Numbered from the stretch's first letter, positions 27,591 through 37,343 are shown. The stretch: DNA of 64,000 nucleotides from an uncultured Oscillospiraceae bacterium (GCA_934646115.1 CAKUEM010000004.1:9891-73890), one strand, 5' to 3'. The notes: generated by a model not told the origin, from the sequence alone. Numbers and translations are program-made.

Positions 27591-27629
27591 ACGCGCGCCG
27601 GCTGCATAAAATAGAACGAGGCGAAGCGA

Positions 27630-28676
27630 TTGAACACAGAGATACTCCATGTGGAGAATATTTTAAAAGACGGCGCGGGGCTTCTGCGCGCGGCAAAGCT
27701 TCTGCGCGCGGGCGAGGTGGTCGCGATCCCGACCGAGACGGTATATGGGCTTGCGGCGAACGCGCTGGATGCGCGCGCGGTCGCAAAAATTTTTGAGGCG
27801 AAGGGCCGCCCGCAGGATAATCCGCTGATCGTGCATATTGCCGAGCTTTCGGCGCTGTATGCGATCGCGGCGGAGGTGCCCGCGTGGGCGGAGGCGCTCG
27901 CGGCGGAGTTTTGGCCCGGTCCGCTTACGATGATTTTAAAAAAGCGCGACTGCATTCCCGATGCGGTCAGCGCAGGGCTTTCCACGGTCGGCGTGCGTTT
28001 TCCGGCGCATCGCGTGGCGCGCGCGGTGATCGATTCCGCGGGCGTGCCGCTTGCCGCGCCTTCGGCGAATACGTCCGGGCGTCCCAGCCCGACGACGGCG
28101 GAGCATGTGTATGAGGACCTTTGCGGAAAGATCCCGATGATCGTGGACGGCGGTCCGTGCCGCGTGGGCGTGGAGTCGACCGTGGTCGACCTGACCGGGG
28201 AGAAGCCGCGGCTTCTGCGTCCGGGCGGGATCACCCCGGCGCAGCTGCGCCGGGCGCTTGGCGATTTAGAGATCGACCCGGCGGTCACGCGCGAGATCGC
28301 AAATGATGCGATAGTGCGCGCGCCGGGCATGAAATACCGGCATTATGCGCCCAAAGCGCCGGTCGTGATTTTAGACGGGGATGCTGCGGCGGCGCGCGAA
28401 TATATTCTTGCACATAGCGAAAACGAGCGCGTGGCGGTACTTTGTTTTTCTGAGGAACGGGCGATGTTTGAAGGCGTGTGTGAGTACGTGTTTGCTTATG
28501 GAAGCGAGACGCAGCCGGATGAGCTGGCGCATGGATTGTTTGACGCGCTGCGCCGGTTTGACGCGCTTTCGGTTACAAAAATTTATGCGCGTGAGCCAAA
28601 AATGGGTGATGGAATGGAGCTTGCGGTGATCAATCGGCTGCAAAAAGCGGCAGGGTTCACGCGAGTCACGGTTTGA
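27630..28676 (+). CDS. L-threonylcarbamoyladenylate synthase (Sua5/YwlC type, with Sua5 C-terminal domain)
   Basis: 348 aa, GEVVAIPTETVYGLAANA...KGRPQDNPLIVH...SANTSGRPSPT. Confidence 0.9.
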   Translation: MNTEILHVENILKDGAGLLRAAKLLRAGEVVAIPTETVYGLAANALDARAVAKIFEAKGRPQDNPLIVHIAELSALYAIAAEVPAWAEALAAEFWPGPLTMILKKRDCIPDAVSAGLSTVGVRFPAHRVARAVIDSAGVPLAAPSANTSGRPSPTTAEHVYEDLCGKIPMIVDGGPCRVGVESTVVDLTGEKPRLLRPGGITPAQLRRALGDLEIDPAVTREIANDAIVRAPGMKYRHYAPKAPVVILDGDAAAAREYILAHSENERVAVLCFSEERAMFEGVCEYVFAYGSETQPDELAHGLFDALRRFDALSVTKIYAREPKMGDGMELAVINRLQKAAGFTRVTV

Positions 28677-28689
28677 TCGGGGTGAGTGT

Positions 28690-29286
28690 GTGATAATCAT
28701 CGGCATGACCGGCGGCAGCGGCAGCGGCAAGTCTTATATCGCGGCGCGCATGGTAGAGCGCGGGGCGAAATGGGTCGATGCAGACGCGGTGTATCACAAG
28801 CTGCTTGCGGAAAGCCGCGCTTTGCGCAATGCGATCCTTGCGCAATTCCCCGCGGCGAATGATGGCAGCGGGCATATCAACCGGAAGAAGCTGGCAGCGA
28901 TCGTTTTTACAAACGATAAGGCGCTGATGGAGCTGAATGCGATCACGCATCCGTTCGTTATCCGCGCGATCGAGGAGGAGATCGGCGAATATTATCGCTG
29001 CAATCAGGCGTTTGCGGTGATCGATGCGGTCGCGCTGTTTGAAAGCGGACTTCATCAGATGTGCGACGCGACAATCGGCGTGTTGGCCGATGCGCCAACG
29101 CGCGTGCGCCGGATCATGGCGCGCGACGGGCTGGATGAAACGCGCGCCCGCGCGCGGATCGCGGCGCAGCAGAAGGATGAGTTTTACCGCAAAAAATGCG
29201 ATTATATCATTGAAAATAGCGACGATTCTGTGCTGGATGCGCAGATCGGGCAGGTGTTGGAAAAAATTCTGGAAGAAACGGAGTGA
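28690..29286 (+). CDS. coaE: dephospho-CoA kinase
   Basis: 198 aa with a GTG start, and P-loop GMTGGSGSGKS followed by VDADAV. Confidence 0.9.
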   Translation: MIIIGMTGGSGSGKSYIAARMVERGAKWVDADAVYHKLLAESRALRNAILAQFPAANDGSGHINRKKLAAIVFTNDKALMELNAITHPFVIRAIEEEIGEYYRCNQAFAVIDAVALFESGLHQMCDATIGVLADAPTRVRRIMARDGLDETRARARIAAQQKDEFYRKKCDYIIENSDDSVLDAQIGQVLEKILEETE

Positions 29287-29292
29287 GCCGGA

Positions 29293-30699
29293 ATGAGCGA
29301 GAAGAACACGGCGGAGCAGCTGCGCGAGGCGCTCTGCTATCAAAGAAAAAACGGATATCATGGGCTGGATGCGGCGGCGCGCGCGGAGATGGAGCGGTTC
29401 TCCAAGGGCTATCGCGAATTTTTAACGCGCGGCAAAACCGAGCGCGCGTGCGTGGCGCAGATGATCAAAGAGGCGGAGCAGCGCGGATTTCATGCGTTTT
29501 CCCGCGGGGAGAAGCTTGCACCGGGCGACAAAATTTATGCCTGCAACCGCGGCAAGGCGCTCATCCTCGCCGTAATCGGCACAGAGCCGCTTGAGCGCGG
29601 CGTGCATATTGCGGCGGCGCATATCGACGCGCCCTGCATCCATTTAAAGCAGAACCCGCTGTACGAGCAGAACGGACTGTGCCTGTTTAAAACGCATTAT
29701 TATGGCGGAATTAAAAAATATCAGTGGCCGGCGATCCCGCTGGAGCTGCGCGGCGTGGTCGCGCTGAAGGACGGGCGCACGGTTGAGATCGAGATCGGCG
29801 CCGCGCCGGACGATCCGATTTTCACGATCACGGATCTGCTTCCGCATCTGGGCAAGGATCAGATGCAGAAAACCATGCTGGAGGGCGTTCCGGGCGAGAG
29901 CCTAAATATCCTGGTGGGCAGCGAGCCGCTGGCGGGCGACGAGAGCGAAAAGGACCTGATCAAGCTCAATATCCTGCGGATTTTGCACGATGCGTATGGG
30001 ATATTAGAAGAAGATTTCCTCTCGGCAGAGCTTGCCGCGGTCCCGGCGTTTAACGCGCGCGATCTGGGGTTTGACCGGTCGCTCATCGGCGCGTATGGGC
30101 ATGACGACCGCGTGTGTGCCTATCCGGCGGCGCAGGCGCTTTTGCAATGCGAACACCCTGCGCGCACGGCGGTATGCGTGCTGGCGGATAAGGAAGAGAT
30201 CGGCTCTGAGGGCGTGAGCGGGATGCAGAGCGCGCATTTTGACACGTTTATGGAGGATCTGTGCGAGGCGCTCGGCGGGCGCGCGCGCGTCTGCTATGAA
30301 AATTCCTGCTGCTTATCGACCGATGTGGTCGCGGGGTATGACCCCACGTTTCCGGACGTGCTGGATCAGCGCAACGCCGCATTTATCAACCACGGCATCA
30401 CGCTTTGTAAATACACAGGCTCGCGCGGAAAATCCGGCGCGTCTGACGCGTCGGCCGAGCTGGTCGCGCGCATGCGGCGCATTTTTGATCAGGCACAGGT
30501 CGCCTGGCAGATGGGCGCGCTGGGCAAGGTCGATCAGGGCGGCGGCGGCACGGTCGCGATGTATATGGCAAAACGCAATATCGACACGATCGATGCGGGC
30601 GTTCCGGTGCTCAGCATGCACGCGCCGTTTGAAGTGATCGCTAAGCTGGACCTTTTCATGACGTTCCGCGGCATCTGCGCTTTTTTTAACGAAAAGTAA
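29293..30699 (+). CDS. M18-family aminopeptidase
   Basis: 468 aa, AAHIDAPCIHLK, GHDDRVC, EEIGSEG, SMHAPFE. These metal-ligand contexts are typical of M18 aminopeptidases. Confidence 0.8.
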   Translation: MSEKNTAEQLREALCYQRKNGYHGLDAAARAEMERFSKGYREFLTRGKTERACVAQMIKEAEQRGFHAFSRGEKLAPGDKIYACNRGKALILAVIGTEPLERGVHIAAAHIDAPCIHLKQNPLYEQNGLCLFKTHYYGGIKKYQWPAIPLELRGVVALKDGRTVEIEIGAAPDDPIFTITDLLPHLGKDQMQKTMLEGVPGESLNILVGSEPLAGDESEKDLIKLNILRILHDAYGILEEDFLSAELAAVPAFNARDLGFDRSLIGAYGHDDRVCAYPAAQALLQCEHPARTAVCVLADKEEIGSEGVSGMQSAHFDTFMEDLCEALGGRARVCYENSCCLSTDVVAGYDPTFPDVLDQRNAAFINHGITLCKYTGSRGKSGASDASAELVARMRRIFDQAQVAWQMGALGKVDQGGGGTVAMYMAKRNIDTIDAGVPVLSMHAPFEVIAKLDLFMTFRGICAFFNEK

Positions 30700-30805
30700 A
30701 CCCATTATGAGCGCCGGGGGCGGCTGTCCCGGGCGCTCTTTTGCGCAAAAGGCGCGAATGTTTTCGCCCTGCGCGGGCATACTACCCGTAAAGGGGGCAG
30801 ATGCG

Positions 30806-31504
30806 ATGAGCAGCGAAAAGAAAGATACCGGCGTGCGCAGCGAGGACCGTGAGGATATTATAGAAACCGGGTCGATCACCGCGCATTCAAAAAAAGGGAA
30901 TATCCATTGCATTACGATCGCGGGGCAGATCGAGGGGCATATGGTGCTTCCGCCGGAAAATAAAACGACGAAATATGAGCATGTCTGCCCGCAGCTCGCC
31001 GCCATTGAGGAGAGCGACGAGATCGATGGGCTTTTGATCCTGCTCAATACCGTGGGCGGCGATATCGAGGCGGGGCTTGCGATTGCCGAGCTGATCTCGA
31101 GCATGAAAACGCCCACCGTTTCGCTGATTTTGGGCGGCGGGCATTCGATCGGGCTGCCGCTTGCGGTGGCGGCGCAGCGTTCGATGATCGCGCCGAGCGC
31201 CGCGGTTACGATCCATCCGGTGCGCATGAACGGCGTAATCGTCGGCACGCCGCAAACCTATAATTATTTTGAGCGCGTGCAGGAGCGCATCGTTCGCTTC
31301 GTCTCCAAAAACTCGGATATCTCCGAGGATCTGTTCCGTAGCTACATGCTGCGCGTGGGCGAGCTGGCAAGTGATATCGGCAGCGTGATCTACGGCGAGG
31401 AAGCGGTAAAGGTCGGGCTGATCGACCAGCTGGGCGGGCTGTCTGATGCGCTCAGCTACCTGCATGCGCGCATCAAGAAGCGCCGCGATGCGAAAAATAA
31501 ATGA
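30806..31504 (+). CDS. ClpP-family serine protease homologue (TepA-like)
   Basis: Start trimmed to ATG 30806 (MSSEKKDTG...). ClpP/crotonase-fold segment ILLNTVGGDIEAGLAIAELI...GGGHSIGLPLAVAA...IHPVRM. Confidence 0.75.
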   Translation: MSSEKKDTGVRSEDREDIIETGSITAHSKKGNIHCITIAGQIEGHMVLPPENKTTKYEHVCPQLAAIEESDEIDGLLILLNTVGGDIEAGLAIAELISSMKTPTVSLILGGGHSIGLPLAVAAQRSMIAPSAAVTIHPVRMNGVIVGTPQTYNYFERVQERIVRFVSKNSDISEDLFRSYMLRVGELASDIGSVIYGEEAVKVGLIDQLGGLSDALSYLHARIKKRRDAKNK

Positions 31505-31512
31505 AAAATGTA

Positions 31513-31540
31513 TTGAAATTTACGCTTTTTACTGTATAAT
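31513..31540 (+). promoter_or_regulatory. candidate sigma-A promoter (TTGAAA-16-TATAAT)
   Basis: TTGAAA at 31513-31518 and TATAAT at 31535-31540, about 60 nt upstream of the DUF1858 gene start. Confidence 0.5.
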
Positions 31541-31600
31541 AATAGTAACAGGGCTTGCAAAACGCGCGCCCGTTTGAGAATGATAACGGAGGTTTTATAC

Positions 31601-31801
31601 ATGACACAGGTCACGAAAGATACCATCATTGGCGATGTGTTGGATGCAGATCCGAGCACTGCGGCATATTTTTTGCAGATCGGAATGCATTGCCTGGGCT
31701 GCCCGGCTTCCCGCGGGGAGACGATCGAGCAGGCGTGCGCGGTACACGGCGTGGATATGAATGCGCTGATCGAGAAGATCAACGCGCATTTGGCTGAGTA
31801 A
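31601..31801 (+). CDS. DUF1858 / hybrid-cluster-protein-associated redox disulfide domain protein
   Basis: 66 aa from ATG 31601 behind ggagg. MTQVTKDTIIGDVLDADPSTAAYFLQIGMHCLGCPASRGETIEQAC... Confidence 0.75.
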   Translation: MTQVTKDTIIGDVLDADPSTAAYFLQIGMHCLGCPASRGETIEQACAVHGVDMNALIEKINAHLAE

Positions 31802-31822
31802 GCGTTTACGAAGCGGAGTGTC

Positions 31823-31865
31823 CCCCTGCTTTTTCTCTTTGCGGAAAAGGCAGGGGATTTTCGTG
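31823..31865 (+). terminator. rho-independent terminator
   Basis: ccccugcuuuuc / gaaaag(g)cagggg stem with one bulge, followed by AUUUUCG. Confidence 0.65.
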
Positions 31866-32092
31866 CCTTAGGCAGAGAATATGTCCTGAAAGCGCGACGA
31901 AAAAGCAGATTTTTCGGATGTCATCATGATGGCGCAAGGCAAGCGCGCTTTTTTTGCCGGCGCAAAACGGATCCATGCGTCATTTGAAAATACATATGGA
32001 TAAACGCTCTTATCGTCTCTTTGCCTTACGGATAAGAGAAGAGATTTTTAATTCATTTGATGCTGGCGTAGGGCAGCGGAACGGAGAGTTTT

Positions 32093-33370
32093 ATGATAAA
32101 AGGCTGCTGCGCGCGTTTGAAAACGCTGTTTCGCTTAGATCAGCTGTCGCCCGAATTTTTGACCTTTATCAATGCGTATTTCTGCTTTTCTACCGCTGTG
32201 AATTTGTCTAATATTTTTATCAGCACATTTTTATTCTCGGCGGGCGGCGAGATGTCGACCATCGCGATGTATCATATTTTCTTTTATTTTTGTGAGATGC
32301 TCGGTACTTATCTTGCTGTACGTTTTTCGCATAGGATCAGCAGTATTGCTTTCTCGGTCGCCGGGATCGCTTTGCATCTGGCGGCATATCTTGTCCTGCT
32401 GATCGCGCAGGAGAGAACGATACATATTTATCCGGTGATCGGTATCGTTTCCGGTATCGGCAGCGGGTTTTACTGGATCGCCTATTTCACGCTGATTCAG
32501 TTTTATACAACCGAGCAGAACCGTCAGTACGGGATGTCCTATTCCGGTCTGATCGGAAACCTGATTATTTTAATTGCGCCGAGCTTTTCCGGCATTGTGC
32601 TGGTATGTATTCCGGGGCATTGGGGATATATGACGGTGTTTGGCATTGCGTTTTTGTTTTTCGCGTGGTCGGTTTGGATCATTCGCAGGCTGAAATCTGC
32701 GGGGAAAAGTGAAAAAAGGCGCGTTTTATTTCCAATCATCCGTGAGTTTTGGCGTGAAAGAGTTCTGAATGACTCGATCTTATGCGAGTTTATCCGCGGG
32801 CTGCGAAGCGGATTGTATGTGTATTATTTCAATATTTTAATTTTTTCAATGACGTCGAATGAATTTGTACTCGGCCTAACCAGCACGATCAAAGGCGCGG
32901 CAGCCATGCTGATTTTTTACCTGTTGGGGCGGCGCCCGATCAGGCGAAAGAGCCGCTTTGCGCTCTTTTTCGTTGCGAGCATTCTTGGCATCTGCGTGAC
33001 CTCGTCGCTCTTTTTCTGGTATACTGCGGTGGCGGTGGTGACCTATTCTGTATTGGACAACTCGACTAATGTGATTATTGACAATTATTCGGTATTCACA
33101 GGATACCAAATTACGGAATATATATCCAGAAAGCGCGATCTGCGCATGGAAAATGCTGCGATTCGTTTGATTGCGCTTGAATGCGGGCGTATTACCGGCA
33201 TCGTGATTTCTTTGCTTGTGCCGACGTCCGGAAAAGGCATCATTGTATTTTTCCTTGTGCTCGGCTTCCTCAACCTGCCGGTTTGGTGGCTGTATCGCCG
33301 CGCATCAAAAATCTGTGAGGAGGGACACTATGGGAACGGCAATGACGCCGCGACTCCGTGCAATTGTTGA
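32093..33370 (+). CDS. MFS-type transporter (about 12 TM), substrate unknown; compositionally AT-rich relative to its neighbours
   Basis: 425 aa, hydrophobic throughout. Hand-counted 60-nt lines inside the gene give 28-48% GC, against about 60% just downstream. The 3-prime end overlaps the trmK start by 41 nt. Confidence 0.7.
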   Translation: MIKGCCARLKTLFRLDQLSPEFLTFINAYFCFSTAVNLSNIFISTFLFSAGGEMSTIAMYHIFFYFCEMLGTYLAVRFSHRISSIAFSVAGIALHLAAYLVLLIAQERTIHIYPVIGIVSGIGSGFYWIAYFTLIQFYTTEQNRQYGMSYSGLIGNLIILIAPSFSGIVLVCIPGHWGYMTVFGIAFLFFAWSVWIIRRLKSAGKSEKRRVLFPIIREFWRERVLNDSILCEFIRGLRSGLYVYYFNILIFSMTSNEFVLGLTSTIKGAAAMLIFYLLGRRPIRRKSRFALFFVASILGICVTSSLFFWYTAVAVVTYSVLDNSTNVIIDNYSVFTGYQITEYISRKRDLRMENAAIRLIALECGRITGIVISLLVPTSGKGIIVFFLVLGFLNLPVWWLYRRASKICEEGHYGNGNDAATPCNC

Positions 33371-34046
33371 GCAGGTGCAGCCGGTCGAATCGGCGATCGA
33401 CGTCGGCTGCGACCATGCGCAGGTTGGAATTTGGCTTGCGCGCCACGGAGTGGTGCGGCATATGACGGTGAGCGACGTCAATGAAGGTCCGCTGCGCCGC
33501 GCGGCAGAGGCGGTTCACGCGGCGGGACTTTCGGATCAGATCCGGTGCGTGCGCTGCGACGGGCTGGACGGCATCCCCCCGCAGGACGCGGTGATCATCG
33601 CGGGCATGGGCGGCGAGCTGATCGCCGAAATTTTGCGCCGCGCGCCGTGGACAAAGCGCGCACGCCGCCTTGTGCTGCAGCCGATGACCGCGCGCGAGGA
33701 GCTGCGCCATTTCCTGCTTACCAATGGATATTGCATCAAAAAGGAGGCGCTCGCGCAAGAGCGCGATAAGCTGTATGCGGTGTTGTGCGTCGAGGGGGGC
33801 GAGCCTGCGCCGTTTGACGAGGCGGATCTTGTGCTGTCTGACCTGCGCGACCCCCTGGCGGCGCAATACCTTGCGGCGCAGATCGCGCGGCTTGAGCGCA
33901 CGGTGCGCGGCATGCGCGCGGCGGAAACGCCGGATACCGGGAAGATCGAGCGTGCGGCGGCGCTGTGCGCGGCGCTGCGTGCCCGGCAGGCAGACATTTT
34001 AAGGAAAGGGACGGAGAAACATGGCGAAGGTTGCGGAAATTCTTGA
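33330..34046 (+). CDS. trmK: tRNA (adenine22-N1)-methyltransferase TrmK
   Basis: MGTAMTPRLRAIVEQV...AIDVGCDHAQVGIWL...IAGMGGELIAEIL. RBS gaggaggga precedes ATG 33330. Confidence 0.85.
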   Translation: MGTAMTPRLRAIVEQVQPVESAIDVGCDHAQVGIWLARHGVVRHMTVSDVNEGPLRRAAEAVHAAGLSDQIRCVRCDGLDGIPPQDAVIIAGMGGELIAEILRRAPWTKRARRLVLQPMTAREELRHFLLTNGYCIKKEALAQERDKLYAVLCVEGGEPAPFDEADLVLSDLRDPLAAQYLAAQIARLERTVRGMRAAETPDTGKIERAAALCAALRARQADILRKGTEKHGEGCGNS

Positions 34047-34827
34047 ATTTTTAGATCAGCGCGCACCGATGCGCACGGCGCTGAGCTTCGATAACGTGGG
34101 TCTTTTGGTAGGCGATCCGGCGGCGCAGGTCGGGCGCGTTCTGGTTGCGCTTGACATTACGACGCCGGTCGTGGAAGAGGCGCGCGCGTGGGGCGCGGAG
34201 CTGATCGTTGCGCACCACCCCGTGATTTTTGACGCGTTAAAGCGCGTTGTTGCGGGCGACCCGGCGGCGGAGCGCGTGATCGCGCTGGTGCGCGGCGGGA
34301 TCTCGGCGATCTGCATGCATACAAATTTAGATGCGGCGCAGGGCGGCGTGAATGATGCGCTCGCCGCCGCGCTTCATGTGCAGCGTGAAACGTGGCTTGA
34401 TCCGATCGCGGACGATGCGGGCATCGGCTGGGTGGGCGCGCTGTCCGCGCCCATGCCGTTTGCGCAATTTTTAGAGCATACGGCGCGCGCATTGCAGGTG
34501 TCCGGGCTGCGATATCAACAGTCCGGCGCGCAGGTGCGGCGCGTTGCGGTGGGCGGCGGTTCGTGCGGCAGCAGGCTTGCGCAGGCGGCGGCGCTCGGCT
34601 GCGATACGTTTGTCACGGCGGATGTCAAGCATTCGCAGTGGCTGGACGCGGCGGAATATCGCATCAATTTGATCGATGCAGGTCATTTTGCAACCGAAAA
34701 TGTGGTCGTTGCGCCGCTGGCAGAGCAACTTGCACAAGCGTTTCCGGCGCTTTGCGTGCGCGTGTCGCAAGAGCAGCGTGACCCGGTTTCTTATTTTACA
34801 ACAGAGGAGGCGCACCATGGCGCTTGA
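34021..34827 (+). CDS. Nif3-like dinuclear metal centre protein (YqfO family)
   Basis: 268 aa, MAKVAEILEFLDQRAP...FDNVGLLVGD...VAHHPVIF...HTNLD. Overlaps the trmK end by 26 nt. Confidence 0.88.
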   Translation: MAKVAEILEFLDQRAPMRTALSFDNVGLLVGDPAAQVGRVLVALDITTPVVEEARAWGAELIVAHHPVIFDALKRVVAGDPAAERVIALVRGGISAICMHTNLDAAQGGVNDALAAALHVQRETWLDPIADDAGIGWVGALSAPMPFAQFLEHTARALQVSGLRYQQSGAQVRRVAVGGGSCGSRLAQAAALGCDTFVTADVKHSQWLDAAEYRINLIDAGHFATENVVVAPLAEQLAQAFPALCVRVSQEQRDPVSYFTTEEAHHGA

Positions 34828-36556
34828 CGCACTGTTTCTTTCACATCTTGCGCGCGAGCTGAACAATACGATCGCGGGCGCGCGCATCGATAAGATCCAC
34901 CAGCCGGAGCGGGATGAGATCGTGCTCAATCTGCGTGCGGCATCCGGAAATAAGCGGCTTTTGCTGTCGGCGGGCGGAAATTATCCGCGCATTCATTTAA
35001 CGGAAAGTTTGCGCGAGAACCCGCAGACGCCGCCGATGTTCTGCATGCTGCTGCGCAAATATTTTGCGGGCGGGCGCATTCTTTCCGTGTCGCAGCCGCG
35101 GCTTGAGCGCATTGTAGACATTACCGTTGAGGGCAAGGATGAGATGGGCGTCGCCACGCAAAAGGTGATCACGATCGAGCTGATGGGGCGCTATTCCAAC
35201 CTGATTTTGCGCGACCAGGCGGGGCGTGTGCTCGATTGTCTCAAGCGCGTGGATCTGGCGACCAATGAGAAGCGGCAGGTGCTGCCCGGATTGTTTTATG
35301 AGCTGCCACCCGCGCAGGATAAGCTGGATGCGCGCAAGCTCACCCGCGCGCAGCTGCTTGATATGATTTTGGAGGATGCGTCCGGCGCGGCGGATCAGTG
35401 GGTGCTGCATCACTTTTTGGGGTTTTCGCCGCTTTTGTGCCGCGAGGCGGTCTATCGCGCGAGCGGCGCGTGCGACACGGCGATCGAAGCGCTTTCCGGT
35501 GCGCAGAAGGAGCGGCTTGCCGCCGCGATTTTGCAGCTTGCGAACGGGGATGCGGCGCCGACGCTGCTGCTTGATGGCGAGCTGCCGGTCGATTTTTCCT
35601 TCTGCGAGATCACGCAGTATGAGGGGCATTACCGGGCGGTGCGCGCCGAGAGTCTGTCCCGGCTGCTGGACTTATTTTATGGAAAGCGCGATTTTGAAGA
35701 GCGTATGCGCGCGCGGTCGCAGGCGATGGTCAAAACGGTGCGCAATGCGCATGCGCGCGCGGTGCGCAAGCTCGCCGCGCAGAAGCAGGAGCTTTTAAAC
35801 GCGCAAAACCGCGAACGGCTGCGCGAGCTGGGCGATCTGGTCACGGCGAATTTATACCGGATGCAGCGCGGCGACAGCACGCTGCGCGCGCAGGATTTTT
35901 TTGACCCCGCCGGGCGCGAGGTCGAGATCCCGCTGGATATTCGCTTAACACCGCAGCAGAACGCGGCGAAGCTTTATAAAGATTACACGCGCATGAAGCA
36001 CGCAGAAGAAAACTTGCGCGGGCAAATGGAAAAGGGCGAGGGCGAGATCGAGTATTTAGAGAGCGTGCTTGAGATGATCGCCTGCGCGGAGGGCGAACAG
36101 GATCTGGCTGAGATCCGCGAGGAGCTGAGCGAGCTTGGCATCCTGCATGCGCCGCGCGCGAAGAAAAAACCGCGCGCGCTTGCCCCGCGCGAGTTTGTTT
36201 CAAGCGATGGATTTCGCATTTATGCCGGGCGCAATAACCGGCAGAACGATCTGCTCACGCTGAAAAGCGCGCTCAAGGGCGATGTTTGGATGCACACACA
36301 GAAAATCCCCGGTACGCATGTGATCATCGAATGCGCCGGGCGCGACGTGCCGGACCGGACGTTGACCGAGGCGGCATGCATCGCGGCGTATTATTCGCGC
36401 GCGCGCGATTCGCAGAATGTGCCGGTGGATTACACGCAGGTGCGCAACGTGAAAAAACCGCCGGGCGCGCGGCCGGGCAAGGTGATCTACAGTCGGTTCC
36501 AAACTGCGTTCGTTTCGCCGGATGCTGCGCAGATCGAACGAATGATGAAAGGGTAA
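34817..36556 (+). CDS. rqcH: ribosome quality control factor RqcH (NFACT / FbpA family)
   Basis: Start trimmed to ATG 34817 (MALDALFLSHLARELNNTIAGARIDKIHQPERDEIVLNLR). Middle coiled coil and C-terminal NFACT-R (WMHTQKIPGTHVII). Overlaps the nif3-like stop by 11 nt. Confidence 0.88.
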   Translation: MALDALFLSHLARELNNTIAGARIDKIHQPERDEIVLNLRAASGNKRLLLSAGGNYPRIHLTESLRENPQTPPMFCMLLRKYFAGGRILSVSQPRLERIVDITVEGKDEMGVATQKVITIELMGRYSNLILRDQAGRVLDCLKRVDLATNEKRQVLPGLFYELPPAQDKLDARKLTRAQLLDMILEDASGAADQWVLHHFLGFSPLLCREAVYRASGACDTAIEALSGAQKERLAAAILQLANGDAAPTLLLDGELPVDFSFCEITQYEGHYRAVRAESLSRLLDLFYGKRDFEERMRARSQAMVKTVRNAHARAVRKLAAQKQELLNAQNRERLRELGDLVTANLYRMQRGDSTLRAQDFFDPAGREVEIPLDIRLTPQQNAAKLYKDYTRMKHAEENLRGQMEKGEGEIEYLESVLEMIACAEGEQDLAEIREELSELGILHAPRAKKKPRALAPREFVSSDGFRIYAGRNNRQNDLLTLKSALKGDVWMHTQKIPGTHVIIECAGRDVPDRTLTEAACIAAYYSRARDSQNVPVDYTQVRNVKKPPGARPGKVIYSRFQTAFVSPDAAQIERMMKG

Positions 36557-36562
36557 TATGCT

Positions 36563-36970
36563 ATGATAGAGATTGAAAAGCTTCGCGAATTTTTTAAAAA
36601 AGACCGCTTCGCCATGGGGATCGGCACGGTGATCGAAGAGGTTGCGCCGGGGCGCGCCGTCTGCTCGCTCACGCCGACCGAGCAGCATTTAAACGCGGGC
36701 GATGCGGTGCAGGGCGGCGTGATCTTCACGCTGGCGGATTTTGCGTTTGCACTCGCGTCAAATTGCGAGGGAGAGATGATCGTGTCGCTCGAAAACAGCA
36801 TCTCGTTTATCGCGCCGCCAAAAGGGAAAATCACCGCGACGGCGACGGTGTATAAAAAGACCGGAAAAATTGCGTTTTGCGATGTTGTTGTGCATGACGA
36901 GCGGGAACAGCTTGTTGCTAAAATGAGCGTTTGCGGCTATCGGAAGGGCATAAACCTGCCGATCGAGTGA
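36563..36970 (+). CDS. PaaI-family hotdog thioesterase
   Basis: 135 aa, ...HLNAGDAVQGGVIFTLADFAFALA... Confidence 0.8.
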   Translation: MIEIEKLREFFKKDRFAMGIGTVIEEVAPGRAVCSLTPTEQHLNAGDAVQGGVIFTLADFAFALASNCEGEMIVSLENSISFIAPPKGKITATATVYKKTGKIAFCDVVVHDEREQLVAKMSVCGYRKGINLPIE

Positions 36971-37033
36971 TGAAATCGGGGCTTTGCACCAAAGGTGCGG
37001 GGTCCCGCGCTGTTTTTTCGGCAAAATTTTGGC

Positions 37034-37062
37034 TTGTCAATGCGCAAAGTTCGTGATATGAT
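37034..37062 (+). promoter_or_regulatory. candidate sigma-A promoter (TTGTCA-17-TATGAT)
   Basis: TTGTCA at 37034-37039 and TATGAT at 37057-37062. It lies inside the N-terminal extension of track ORF 36995..37312, which argues for a downstream start. Confidence 0.5.
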
Positions 37063-37090
37063 AATGAGAAACAAAAGTAGGAATAAGGCG

Positions 37091-37312
37091 GTGATCGGGT
37101 TGCAGAATATAACCGAAATTCGCGTGGGTGATCTGCTCGAAATGCGCAAGCCGCACCCTTGCGGCTGCAAGGTTTGGGAGGTTTTGCGCGTCGGGATGGA
37201 TTTTCGGCTGCGCTGCACCGAATGCCGACGTGAGCTGATGCTGCCGCGCGTCCGCGCGCTCAAGGCGGCACGGCGTGTGATTCGGGGCGATCAGATCATC
37301 GCATTGTCTTAA
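37091..37312 (+). CDS. DUF951 family small protein (YyzM-like)
   Basis: 73 aa from GTG 37091. ...VGDLLEMRKPHPCGCKVWEVLRVGMDFRLRCTECRRELMLPR.... The core motif and size fit DUF951. The exact start is uncertain. Confidence 0.7.
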   Translation: MIGLQNITEIRVGDLLEMRKPHPCGCKVWEVLRVGMDFRLRCTECRRELMLPRVRALKAARRVIRGDQIIALS

Positions 37313-37343
37313 TGAGAAAAGATGTTTGAAAGGAGTGTCTTTT

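Noticed and set aside
26508-28676. Absence of prmC (RF methyltransferase) between prfA and the sua5-type gene.
   Set aside because: Gene order varies among Firmicutes and prmC can be encoded elsewhere. This cannot be interpreted from a single window.
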